Shown: positions 8,946 to 18,011, counted from the stretch's first letter. The stretch is DNA of 64,000 bases from an uncultured Polynucleobacter sp. (GCA_964636135.1 CAZWPR010000003.1:24193-88192); one strand, 5' to 3'. The notes: a model not told the origin generated them from the sequence alone. Numbers and translations are program-made.

Positions 8946-10904
8946 ATGAGCACGCAGCGCAGTCATCCATGCATTCTTAACTTGAGTACGGATCCACTCG
9001 TGGCAGAACAGGCTTCTTCGCGCATCCCTCCCTCGCACAGTCTGGTGCAAAATTTACGCCAGCAAGTGATTCAAAGCCTGCCCTTTTCCAAAATGTCCAC
9101 AGCAGACGTGGATTATTTTTTAAGCCAGTCGCGCGAGGCCTACTTTGCCCCAAAAGAGCTCATCTTATCGCCAGCGGATGGCCCGCCCGCATTTTTGTAT
9201 CTGATACGACAAGGCCGTGTATCCGGCCGTCGTGACATACCGGGCATTGAAGAAACCGCTTTTTCATTGGATGCGGGTAGTTTGTTTTCGATTGGCTCAG
9301 CGTTTGCCAACCGGCCTGTCTCCACTATCTATAGTGCGGTAGACGATTGCTTTTGTTTGCTCTTCCCGGTAACTGCGATGCGCCAATTGCAAGGGCGCTC
9401 TAAACCGTTCAGCGATTTTTTAAGTAATCGTATTTGGGGTTTGCTGCAGGAGTCCCGCACTGCCCTGCGTAATTCCTTTGCCTCACAGGCCCTAGCAGAA
9501 CAATCGCTTGAAAGTCGCCTAGGTGATTTGCGCCTAAAAAAGCCGCTAATAACTAGCCCCAATACGCCCCTGCGCGAAGCGCTGACCCTGATCCATGAGA
9601 AAAAAGTAGGGTCGATTCTGGTTTGCGAGGATGAACAAACCATCGTTGGGATCTTAACCCGGTACGACGTGTTGTCACGCGTGACCCTGAGCAATCTAGA
9701 TCTCAATACGCCTATTTCAAGTGTGATGTCGACCGGAGTAAAAACCTTAAGTGTGGATGATACGGCTGAAATGGCGGGCCTCTTAATGTCACGTTTTAAT
9801 ATTCGCCATTTACCGATTCTCGATCGCGGACGTTTAGTTGGAATTATTTCAGAGCGGGATTTGTTTTCCTTGCAGCGCCTATCGCTCAGCAATATCAGTA
9901 CGGCCATACGCGCTGCCGATGATCTCCAGGGTTTAAAAAAATGCGCCGATGATATTCGGACTTTTGCACGCAACTTACTTGGGCAGGGCGTACAAGCGCG
10001 CCAGTTAACCGCCCTTATTAGCCATTTAAACGATGTGTTAACGGAGCAACTGATTGCTATGGTTGCTAATCGCTACCAGTTAAATCCCAGTCGTTTTGCC
10101 TGGATTGCCTTGGGCTCAGAGGGGCGCAGCGAACAGACCATAGCGACCGACCAAGACAATGCCTTGGTGTATGCCGATGAAGAGGGTGAGGCGCAGCGTG
10201 CGATCTACCTTCAATTTGCGCGGGAGGTGAACGAGGCCTTAGATGTGTGTGGCTATCCACTGTGCAAGGGCAACATCATGGCCAGTAACCCGGATCTCTG
10301 TTTGTCGCAGCAGGAATGGCTTCATCGCTTTGATCGTTGGATTGAACAAGGCAATCCAGAAGACTTATTAAAAGCCAGTATCTTTTTTGATCTGAGAGCG
10401 CTTGCAGGCAATGCCGATTTATTGATACCGCTAAAAGAGTTGGTGCGCGTGAAGGCCGCGGCTATTCCGCGATTCATTAAGTTGTTGGCCGAAAATGCCT
10501 TAAATTCACGAGTACCTCTCAACTGGCTTGGTGCGATTGAGCCCACCGAGATCAATGGCCAAAAAACCATCGACCTAAAACTGCAGGGGACGGCCCTCAT
10601 GGTGGATGCAGCGCGCATCTTTTCCTTAGCTCATGGAATTGAGCTCATCAACACCCGCGAGCGTCTAGCTGCTGTGGGACGAGTTCTGAATGTTCCGGAG
10701 GTAGAGAGCGCCGCTTGGATTACGGCATTTGAGTTTTTGCAAACCCAGCGCCTGGCGGTGCAAATTGGTGAGGCAAGCATCAACGGCAACCCCAATGTGA
10801 TCGATATCGACCAGCTGAATTCGGTCGATCGGAGCATTCTAAAAGAGTCCCTACTCAAAGTGCGCTCCTTGCAACAGCATTTGCAGTTGGACTATGTTCG
10901 CTAA
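8946..10904 (+). CDS. cNMP-binding / CBS-pair / DUF294 nucleotidyltransferase-like signal protein
   Basis: N-terminal cNMP-like region (LYLIRQGRV), two CBS domains (VGILTRYD, IRHLPI..IISERD), NTase motif GSEGRSEQTIATDQDNAL, GYPLCKGNIMASNP, IFFDLR, IDLK. Exact start uncertain. Confidence 0.9.
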   Translation: MSTQRSHPCILNLSTDPLVAEQASSRIPPSHSLVQNLRQQVIQSLPFSKMSTADVDYFLSQSREAYFAPKELILSPADGPPAFLYLIRQGRVSGRRDIPGIEETAFSLDAGSLFSIGSAFANRPVSTIYSAVDDCFCLLFPVTAMRQLQGRSKPFSDFLSNRIWGLLQESRTALRNSFASQALAEQSLESRLGDLRLKKPLITSPNTPLREALTLIHEKKVGSILVCEDEQTIVGILTRYDVLSRVTLSNLDLNTPISSVMSTGVKTLSVDDTAEMAGLLMSRFNIRHLPILDRGRLVGIISERDLFSLQRLSLSNISTAIRAADDLQGLKKCADDIRTFARNLLGQGVQARQLTALISHLNDVLTEQLIAMVANRYQLNPSRFAWIALGSEGRSEQTIATDQDNALVYADEEGEAQRAIYLQFAREVNEALDVCGYPLCKGNIMASNPDLCLSQQEWLHRFDRWIEQGNPEDLLKASIFFDLRALAGNADLLIPLKELVRVKAAAIPRFIKLLAENALNSRVPLNWLGAIEPTEINGQKTIDLKLQGTALMVDAARIFSLAHGIELINTRERLAAVGRVLNVPEVESAAWITAFEFLQTQRLAVQIGEASINGNPNVIDIDQLNSVDRSILKESLLKVRSLQQHLQLDYVR

Positions 10905-11559
10905 TCTAAAAGATTCGCCCTTGTTTGATGGGCTGAGGTCACTATTTAAGGCAAGGCAACCGGAAGTGCGGCGCTGGATAGTGCTTGATGTCGAAACCAG
11001 TGGCCTAGATCCGCATTCGGATCGCTTACTCGCGATTGCTGCCGTGGCGCTGGAAGTCAGCCCCAATTTTGAGCGCATCGCGATTGTGATTGGCGATAGT
11101 TATGAGGCGGTGCTCAAACAAGATCTGCCAAGTAGCAAAGATAATATTTTGGTTCACCACATTGGCGCTCAGGCGCAGGCCGATGGAAGACCCTCGATTG
11201 AGGTCTTAGAGGAGTTCCGGGCTTGGCTTGGTGATTGCCCATTGCTCGCCTTTCATTCTGCATTTGATGAGTCTATGCTGAATCGTGCTTATGCAATGGC
11301 TGGTCTAAAGCCACTTCAAAATGAATGGCTTGACATCGAGCCCTTAGCAAAAATTACAGGGGTAAACCCTAGTTTGCGTGCATTAGACGATTGGCTGGGG
11401 CATTTTGGGATTGAGTGCGCCGTGCGCCATCAAGCAGCTGCAGACACCTTTGCTACCGCAGAGCTCCTGATGCGCCTTTGGCCCTATTTAAAGCGGGAAG
11501 CCAGTTCATGGTCATCCTTGCGGAATATTGCCCGTCAGGCCAACTGGATTCCGCGCTAG
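10894..11559 (+). CDS. DEDDh 3'-5' exonuclease family protein
   Basis: ExoI LDVETSG, ExoII HSAFD, ExoIII HQAAAD; overlaps the stop of the DUF294 gene. Confidence 0.9.
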   Translation: MFANLKDSPLFDGLRSLFKARQPEVRRWIVLDVETSGLDPHSDRLLAIAAVALEVSPNFERIAIVIGDSYEAVLKQDLPSSKDNILVHHIGAQAQADGRPSIEVLEEFRAWLGDCPLLAFHSAFDESMLNRAYAMAGLKPLQNEWLDIEPLAKITGVNPSLRALDDWLGHFGIECAVRHQAAADTFATAELLMRLWPYLKREASSWSSLRNIARQANWIPR

Positions 11560-11690
11560 GTCAGATTCTAAAACCCTCATTTTTTCACGGTTTTATAGGG
11601 GAAAGCCCCGATTTGGTGACCCTGCCATAAGCACCATAATCCTTGTACTTCTAAGCGTTCCGAGTCGGAATGTAACTTTTAGGATTTTTA

Positions 11691-11987
11691 GTGCTTTTAT
11701 TTTTGAATATCGCTCAGTTGATTTTATACATCGGCGGCTTGGGTCTGATTGGCCAAGGCTTGCTTTATGTATTGGCTGGACAAAAGCGGGATACCAATTT
11801 GTTCTACCAACTGATCGCTATTGTTAATAAGCCATGGACCCTTTTGGCGCGCGTTATTTCCCCTAAGCAGGTTCTCGATAGGCAAGTGCCCTTTGTTGCG
11901 TTTTGTATCGTGGCCGTGCTTTACATTACCGTGACCATTGCCAAGATAGAGCACTGCATTAGCATCGGAATTGAAATATGCCAGTGA
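11691..11987 (+). CDS. Small hypothetical membrane protein (2 TM)
   Basis: GTG start with AGGA upstream, two hydrophobic segments, overlaps the TPR gene start. Confidence 0.7.
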   Translation: MLLFLNIAQLILYIGGLGLIGQGLLYVLAGQKRDTNLFYQLIAIVNKPWTLLARVISPKQVLDRQVPFVAFCIVAVLYITVTIAKIEHCISIGIEICQ

Positions 11988-12553
11988 ACAAACGCAATCT
12001 CGATTGGTATTTGCTCAAGTGGCGTGCCAACGCATTAATTACCTTTGGCTTAAAAAATCAGGCGATGGATGTGTTCGAAGAAATGAATCGTCGCTTCCCC
12101 CATGATGACTATGTCATTACAAGCTTGGCTTATATGAAGACCCAGCATGGTGATAAAGCCGGCGCCATAGCTGACTACAAACGCTTAACCATGAAGCCAG
12201 ATGTGACAGCTGCTATTTGGTACAACTTGGGTTTCTTGCAAGAGGAAACAGGTCAAGTACAGGATGCGGAACACAGCTTTCGCCAAGCGATTAAGCTTAA
12301 TGAGAATTTAGATCAAGCCTGGTATGGACTTGGCTTGGTACTTATTCAGCTGCAACGTTTTGATGAGGCCATTAAGGCGCTTAAGAAAAATACCAAATTG
12401 CAGCCGATGAGCCCCTATGCGTGGTACCAGCTGGCCCGGGTGTATGCCGAGCGCAACGAACCCGAAGAGGTCACCAAAATTATTCGTCACCTCAAAGAAT
12501 TTGAACCCAAATTTGCTAAGCAGCTGGAACGGGAAACCGGTTTAGGTGCTTAG
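11978..12553 (+). CDS. Tetratricopeptide repeat protein
   Basis: Repeated TPR helices: IWYNLGF, AWYGLGL, AWYQLAR. Confidence 0.88.
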   Translation: MPVNKRNLDWYLLKWRANALITFGLKNQAMDVFEEMNRRFPHDDYVITSLAYMKTQHGDKAGAIADYKRLTMKPDVTAAIWYNLGFLQEETGQVQDAEHSFRQAIKLNENLDQAWYGLGLVLIQLQRFDEAIKALKKNTKLQPMSPYAWYQLARVYAERNEPEEVTKIIRHLKEFEPKFAKQLERETGLGA

Positions 12554-12624
12554 TGGTTTTTAGTAGTGTGTATTAGTAGTGCATTTGTAGTAGAAGTTTT
12601 TTATTAACTAAAGGAGAAACTGTT

Positions 12625-12888
12625 ATGCAATTAACAGAATCGCATAAACAATATTGGTCTAAGAACCTTCGGATAACGGCAATTCTGTTAGCCATCTGGT
12701 TCATCGTGACCTTTGTTGTGGGCTTTTACGCCCGTGATTTAAGCTTTAATTTTTTTGGATGGCCGTTTAGTTTTTGGGTTGGGGCACAAGGCTCTTTAGT
12801 GACTTATGTTCTGATCATTGCCTACTACGCGCACTACATGAACAACCTTGACAAAGAATACGACTGCGCTGAAGTGGAGGAGGACTAA
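12625..12888 (+). CDS. DUF4212 family small membrane protein (partner of SSS/ActP-like symporters)
   Basis: YW..NLR, FFGWPFSFWVGAQGS, YM..LD; strong RBS AAGGAG. Confidence 0.88.
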   Translation: MQLTESHKQYWSKNLRITAILLAIWFIVTFVVGFYARDLSFNFFGWPFSFWVGAQGSLVTYVLIIAYYAHYMNNLDKEYDCAEVEED

Positions 12889-12890
12889 TC

Positions 12891-15038
12891 ATGGCTGGAA
12901 TGACACCTAGTGGTGGAGATGGCAGTATGTTCGGCGGCGGCCAAAGTAATGCCGCTTTTAAGAAAAGCCTGAACAAGATTTACGGCTTTTACACGGGCGG
13001 CTTCATAGTATTCGTTCTGCTTTTAGGTATTGCAGAGCAAATGGGCTTAAGCCGTGCAATGATTGGTTACGTCTTCTTGGGCGCAACGGTATTGCTCTAC
13101 GCAGGTATTGGCGTAATGAGCCGTACTAATGACGCAGCAGAATATTACGTAGCTGGCCGACGTGTTCCTGCGGTTTATAACGGTATGGCAACGGGCTCTG
13201 ACTGGATGTCGGCCGCGTCGTTTATCGGTATGGCAGGTACTTTGTACTTGACGGGTTACGGCGGTTTGGCCTTCATCATGGGCTGGACCGGCGGTTACTG
13301 TTTAGTTGCGTTGTTCTTGGCTCCTTACTTACGTAAGTTCGGTCAATTTACGATCCCAGACTTCTTGGGCGCACGCTATGACGGCAACCTGCCCCGTTTC
13401 CTCGGAATCGTTGCTGCGATTTTGGTCTCCTTCGTTTATGTGGTTGCCCAGATTTACGGTGTTGGTCTGATTACAACCCGTTTGGCTGGCGTGCCATTTG
13501 AGATCGGTATTTTCTTAGGCTTGGCTGGTATTTTGGTTTGCTCGTTCTTGGGTGGTATGCGCGCGGTTACTTGGACACAAGTTGCGCAGTACATCATCTT
13601 GATCATTGCTTACATGATTCCTGTGGTTTGGTTATCGGTAAAGCAAACTGGCGTTCCAATTCCCCAGTTAATCTATGGTCAGCAACTTGAAAAAGTAACT
13701 GCTAAAGAAGCTGAACTGATCAAGGATCCAAAAGAGCTCGAAGTTCGTGCGATTTTCAAAGCACGTGCTGACGCTCTTGGCGAGAAGCTGAAAGACGTTC
13801 CTGCTGCATTAGCCGCGGACAAAGCGGCTGCTGAGCAAAAGGTTGCTGATTTGAAGGCTGCAAATGCACCTGCACCTGAAATCGCAGCAGCTGAAAAAGC
13901 CTTGGCTGCAGTTCCAAAAGATGCAGAAGCAGCGAAAAAATTGTGGACAACACAACGAACCGGCGCAACAAACCGCTCGAACCAACTTGCTAACATGCCT
14001 CGTCATGCTCAGCAGTTTGCGGGCAATCCTGATGGTGACGAAAAGGCCCGTACGGCTTTCGATACCTCACGTCGCAACTTCTTGGCGTTGGTCTTCTGTT
14101 TGATGGTGGGTACAGCGGCATTGCCACACATTCTGATGCGCTTCTACACGACTCCGTCGGTAAAGCAAGCACGTGAATCTGTGACATGGTCCCTGTTCTT
14201 CATCTTCTTGCTGTATTTCACAGCGCCTGCTTTGGCAGTATTGGTCAAGTACGAGGTCTTCTCGGTCTTGGTCGGAACGCCATTTGATAAGTTGCCGGCC
14301 TGGATTGCAGCGTGGACTAAGGTAGATCCGACTCTATTGTCTGTAGTAGATATCAATAAAGACGGTATTTTCCAGTTGGCTGAAATGACCATTGGTGGTG
14401 ACATCATCGTTCTGGCAACCCCAGAAATCGGTGGCTTGCCATACGTGATCTCCGGCATGGTTGCAGCCGGTGGTTTGGCTGCCGCGCTGTCGACTGCTGA
14501 CGGACTCTTGTTGACGATTGCTAACGCACTGTCACATGACCTGTACTACAAAATGATCGACCCAAATGCACCTGCAAGCCGTCGTGTTGCAATTTCCAAA
14601 GCATTGTTGTTGTTGGTAGCTCTGGCAGCGGCGTATGTTGCGGCTCAGAAACCAGCTGACATCTTGTTCTTGGTTGGCGCGGCCTTCTCCTTTGCTGCTG
14701 CAGCGTTCTTCCCAGCACTTACCCTCGGTATCTTCTGGAAGCGTGCAAACAAAGCGGGTGCTTGCGTTGGTATGGTGCTTGGTTTAGGTATCACCATGTA
14801 CTACATGATCATGACTCAGCCATGGTTGCGCGGTGTATTTAACGTAACCTCACCCGTTGAACTTTGGTATGGAATTCAGCCAATTTCAGCTGGTGTATTT
14901 GGCGTGCCACTCGGTTTTGCTGCGATTATCTTGGTGAGCTTGGTAACCCCAGCTCCACGTCAAGAGATTCAGGAACTGATTGATCACGTACGTTACCCAA
15001 CCTTACGAGGCGATAAGCTCAATACGCAAGCAAATTAA
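12891..15038 (+). CDS. Solute:sodium symporter, ActP-like / VC_2705 subfamily (probable monocarboxylate uptake)
   Basis: YYVAGR, NGMATGSDWMSAASF, LRKFGQFTIPDF, GTAALPHILMRFYT, AAALSTADGLL; large soluble insertion. Confidence 0.9.
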   Translation: MAGMTPSGGDGSMFGGGQSNAAFKKSLNKIYGFYTGGFIVFVLLLGIAEQMGLSRAMIGYVFLGATVLLYAGIGVMSRTNDAAEYYVAGRRVPAVYNGMATGSDWMSAASFIGMAGTLYLTGYGGLAFIMGWTGGYCLVALFLAPYLRKFGQFTIPDFLGARYDGNLPRFLGIVAAILVSFVYVVAQIYGVGLITTRLAGVPFEIGIFLGLAGILVCSFLGGMRAVTWTQVAQYIILIIAYMIPVVWLSVKQTGVPIPQLIYGQQLEKVTAKEAELIKDPKELEVRAIFKARADALGEKLKDVPAALAADKAAAEQKVADLKAANAPAPEIAAAEKALAAVPKDAEAAKKLWTTQRTGATNRSNQLANMPRHAQQFAGNPDGDEKARTAFDTSRRNFLALVFCLMVGTAALPHILMRFYTTPSVKQARESVTWSLFFIFLLYFTAPALAVLVKYEVFSVLVGTPFDKLPAWIAAWTKVDPTLLSVVDINKDGIFQLAEMTIGGDIIVLATPEIGGLPYVISGMVAAGGLAAALSTADGLLLTIANALSHDLYYKMIDPNAPASRRVAISKALLLLVALAAAYVAAQKPADILFLVGAAFSFAAAAFFPALTLGIFWKRANKAGACVGMVLGLGITMYYMIMTQPWLRGVFNVTSPVELWYGIQPISAGVFGVPLGFAAIILVSLVTPAPRQEIQELIDHVRYPTLRGDKLNTQAN

Positions 15039-15079
15039 ATTGTGTATTGATTAACCAAGAGTAATCTTGGGCTTTAACT

Positions 15080-15105
15080 AACCCGCTCTTCGGAGCGGGT
15101 TTTTT
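15080..15105 (+). terminator. Rho-independent terminator after the symporter
   Basis: AACCCGCTC-TTCG-GAGCGGGTT followed by a T-run. Confidence 0.9.
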
Positions 15106-15154
15106 ATTGCCTAAAATTCGGTGGCAGTAGCGAAGTGCTTTAGACTCTTTTTAT

Positions 15155-15784
15155 ATGGAAAACCTCAGCTTTTGGATCGGCATCATTGCAACCGTAGCCT
15201 TTGCGGTGACGGGTGTACTGGCCATTGCCGACCGGGGCGTGGATTTGTTTGGTGTGATGGTTTTAGGGTTGATCACGGCGATTGGCGGCGGTACCGTGCG
15301 CGACCTGATTTTAGAAACCCCAGTTTTTTGGGCAAGCCTACCGATTTATTTGTGGGTTGCCTTGGCGGCCAGTGCGATTGCCTTCTACTTGGAAGCCTTT
15401 TTTACTCAGCCGCAGATTTACCGCTGGATGCTGTACTTAGATGGATTCGGCGCAGCTTTATTTGGAATTCAGGGGGCCGATAAGGCCTGGAATATGGATT
15501 TTGGTTTACCGCTCGCGCCAGTGATCCTAGGCGTGATTACTGCGATTGGTGGCGGTCTGATTCGTGACATGCTGGCTGGCAGAAAAAACCTCTTGATGTC
15601 GCACGAGCTCTATGCCATTCCGGTATCGCTCGGCTGCATTGTGTACGTCTTGATTTTAGAATACGCCCCTGCCTATACAACCCAAGGTGCGATTGCCTGC
15701 ATGTTGTTGATCTTTGGTTTTAGAGCGGCCGCCATTCATTGGAACTTGCGCGTGCCCAAGCGCTTTATTACACGCTCACGCTAA
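15155..15784 (+). CDS. Trimeric intracellular cation channel family (UPF0126/YadS-like)
   Basis: Duplicated TAIGGG..RD motifs. Confidence 0.88.
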   Translation: MENLSFWIGIIATVAFAVTGVLAIADRGVDLFGVMVLGLITAIGGGTVRDLILETPVFWASLPIYLWVALAASAIAFYLEAFFTQPQIYRWMLYLDGFGAALFGIQGADKAWNMDFGLPLAPVILGVITAIGGGLIRDMLAGRKNLLMSHELYAIPVSLGCIVYVLILEYAPAYTTQGAIACMLLIFGFRAAAIHWNLRVPKRFITRSR

Positions 15785-15823
15785 TGATTTAATTCTCCCC
15801 ATCTTTTTTATGAAGTGCTTTTT

Positions 15824-16492
15824 ATGAAACCCCGTCTCTATAGTTTTTGGCGTAGCTCGGCAGCCTTTCGGGTGCGCATCGCGCTCAATCTCAAGGGCAT
15901 CGATTATGAAACCATCGCTACGCACCTGACGAAAAAAGGTGGCGATCAATTACAGCCCGAGTACGGCGAGAAAAATCCCAATCGCTTGATTCCGCTTTAT
16001 GAAGAAGGCGATGTGCGCATCCATCAATCCCTTGCCATTGTGGAGTACTTAGACGAGGTCTATCCCGGGCCGTCCCTATTGCCTAGCAATCCAGTAGATC
16101 GCGCGTGGGTGCGCGCACTCGCGCTGGATATTGCTGCCGACATTCATCCGATTAATAATTTGCGAGTCTCACGCTATCTCGTTCGTCAATTGGAAGTCAG
16201 TGAAGAGGCTCGTAGCACATGGTATCGGCACTGGGTTGCTACTGGTCTTGCTGGGCTTGAGGCCCAGATTAGCAAGGATGCACGAACAGGGCGTTTTTGT
16301 TACGGTGATCAAGTCACGCTGGCAGATATTTGTTTGGTGCCACAACTCTTTAATGCCCTGGATGCCAAGATGGATGTTACGCTCTATCCGCGCTTGATGG
16401 GTATTTTTCAGGAGTGCATGAAGTTACCCGCTTTCATAGATGCTTCATGGGAAAAACAAATCGATGCCGAGGGCACCAATCCTGCGTTTTAG
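15824..16492 (+). CDS. maiA: Maleylacetoacetate isomerase / GST zeta class
   Basis: LYSFWRSSAAFRVRIALNLKG, QSLAI.EYLDE, DIHPINNLRV, ADICLVPQ. Confidence 0.88.
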   Translation: MKPRLYSFWRSSAAFRVRIALNLKGIDYETIATHLTKKGGDQLQPEYGEKNPNRLIPLYEEGDVRIHQSLAIVEYLDEVYPGPSLLPSNPVDRAWVRALALDIAADIHPINNLRVSRYLVRQLEVSEEARSTWYRHWVATGLAGLEAQISKDARTGRFCYGDQVTLADICLVPQLFNALDAKMDVTLYPRLMGIFQECMKLPAFIDASWEKQIDAEGTNPAF

Positions 16493-16501
16493 TTTTGCAG
16501 T

Positions 16502-17437
16502 TTAGGCAGTCTGGTTGATCCACCAGATGATCATTGATAGGGTAATGATCGAGCCCAGCGTGGTTTGTAAAACGATGCGTGAGATTGCGGAACCATCAGC
16601 TTGGTAATACTGCGCCAGCATAAATGGACCGGTGCCTGTGGGCAGGGCACTCATGAGAACTGCAGCCTGAACCCAAAATAAGGGCAAGCCTAAAATGGGG
16701 CCTGCAACTAGCCACGCTACACCGGGTTGTACTATCAACTTGATAAACGTCAAGCTCCAAACACCGCTGACTTTGCCCTCGCTTTTTTGCATCAGAAAGA
16801 GGCCAATCGAAACTAGAGCGCAGGGGCTCGCAGCTGCTGCGAGGAAGGATAAAAACTGCTGAGCAGGTTCCAGCATTTGCAGGCCACTCGCAGACCATAC
16901 TGCTCCGGCAATCGGAGCAACCAGTAAGGGATTTTTGATTAATGAGCCTAGAACAATACCAATGATTGCGTACCAGGGCTTATGCACTTGTTTACCGAAC
17001 TCAATAAAGACAATGGCGAGGGCAAAGAGCCCGCAGACCACCACCAAGGTGGCGATCACTGCAGGCGCCAAGCCATCATCGCCAAGTGCCAAGAGGCACA
17101 GCGGAATGCCCATATAGCCTGTATTGGAGTAAGAGCCGCTAAGGCCCGTGAAGCTTGCTGCTGCCCAGTCGCGCGTGTGATACCAGCGGTAAAGTAGCAG
17201 TGCGATGTAGACCGCAAAACATCCTGCACTGAACGCAATGATGAAACCCGGCTGCCACAGAGTTTGCCAATCGCTATTGGCGGTGAAATTAAAGAGTTGT
17301 GCGGGTAGTGCCAACCAAACGACAAAGCGATTGATTTCGGTCGAGGCATTTGGCCCTAGTTTGCCGGCCTTGCCTGCAATAAAGCCTGCCAGAATAAGGG
17401 CAAAAACAGGAACGACAACACTGAGGACGGGTAGCAA
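16502..17437 (-). CDS. AEC (auxin efflux carrier) family transporter
   Basis: WLALPA.LF, SNTGYMGIP, KNPL, PCAL..IG, IKLIVQP, ALPTG. Confidence 0.88.
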   Translation of the reverse strand: MLPVLSVVVPVFALILAGFIAGKAGKLGPNASTEINRFVVWLALPAQLFNFTANSDWQTLWQPGFIIAFSAGCFAVYIALLLYRWYHTRDWAAASFTGLSGSYSNTGYMGIPLCLLALGDDGLAPAVIATLVVVCGLFALAIVFIEFGKQVHKPWYAIIGIVLGSLIKNPLLVAPIAGAVWSASGLQMLEPAQQFLSFLAAAASPCALVSIGLFLMQKSEGKVSGVWSLTFIKLIVQPGVAWLVAGPILGLPLFWVQAAVLMSALPTGTGPFMLAQYYQADGSAISRIVLQTTLGSIITLSMIIWWINQTA

Positions 17438-17443
17438 AGTAAC

Positions 17444-17968
17444 TTAGCCGATCTTTTTTAAGCCAGCACGAAAGCGCGTAGCATTTTCAACATAATGATC
17501 AGCAATGCGCTCGATGTTCTGAATGTGTTCTGGGCTTAGCGTTTTGACAGCCTTAGCGGGCGAGCCGAGAATCATAGAGCCATCCGGAAACTCTTTACCT
17601 TCAGTGACCAAGGCGCCAGCACCGACTAAGCAGTGCTTGCCAATTTTGGCGCCATTGAGCACGATGGCGCCAATGCCAATTAAGGAGCCATCACCAATGG
17701 TGCAGCCATGCAGCATGACTTTGTGGCCAATCGAGACCCGGTTGCCAATGATGAGTGGAAATCCAGGATCAGAGTGCAGTACCGAGGCATCTTGTACATT
17801 GCTCTCGTCGCCAATCACCACTTGGTCGTTATCGCCGCGTACTACGGTCTTTGACCAGACGCTGGAGTTCTTGCCTAGGCGGACATGCCCAATGACTTCA
17901 GCGCTATCCGCCACAAAAGCGCCCGCTTCTAATTGGGGCGCAATACCATCGAGTTCATAAATAGCCAT
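17444..17968 (-). CDS. Gamma carbonic anhydrase family (hexapeptide repeat)
   Basis: VRGD, SNVQD..VLH, IGHKVMLHGC. Confidence 0.9.
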   Translation of the reverse strand: MAIYELDGIAPQLEAGAFVADSAEVIGHVRLGKNSSVWSKTVVRGDNDQVVIGDESNVQDASVLHSDPGFPLIIGNRVSIGHKVMLHGCTIGDGSLIGIGAIVLNGAKIGKHCLVGAGALVTEGKEFPDGSMILGSPAKAVKTLSPEHIQNIERIADHYVENATRFRAGLKKIG

Positions 17969-18011
17969 GCCCCATTATAGATAGGCTATGTAGACATGGC
18001 TGCGATGCCTT

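Noticed and set aside
9329-9973. 214-aa antisense ORF inside the DUF294 gene (and similar ones inside pgk, fba, sua5, sucCD, groEL)
   Set aside because: Shadow ORFs opposite well-conserved genes, with Ser/Arg/Thr-rich composition and no recognisable motifs.
10894-11559. Calling the exonuclease dnaQ, or reading NTase plus nuclease as a CBASS-type defence system
   Set aside because: It lacks the DnaQ C-terminal extension. The NTase is DUF294/GlnD-like with cNMP and CBS domains rather than CD-NTase-like, and the context is transport, not defence.
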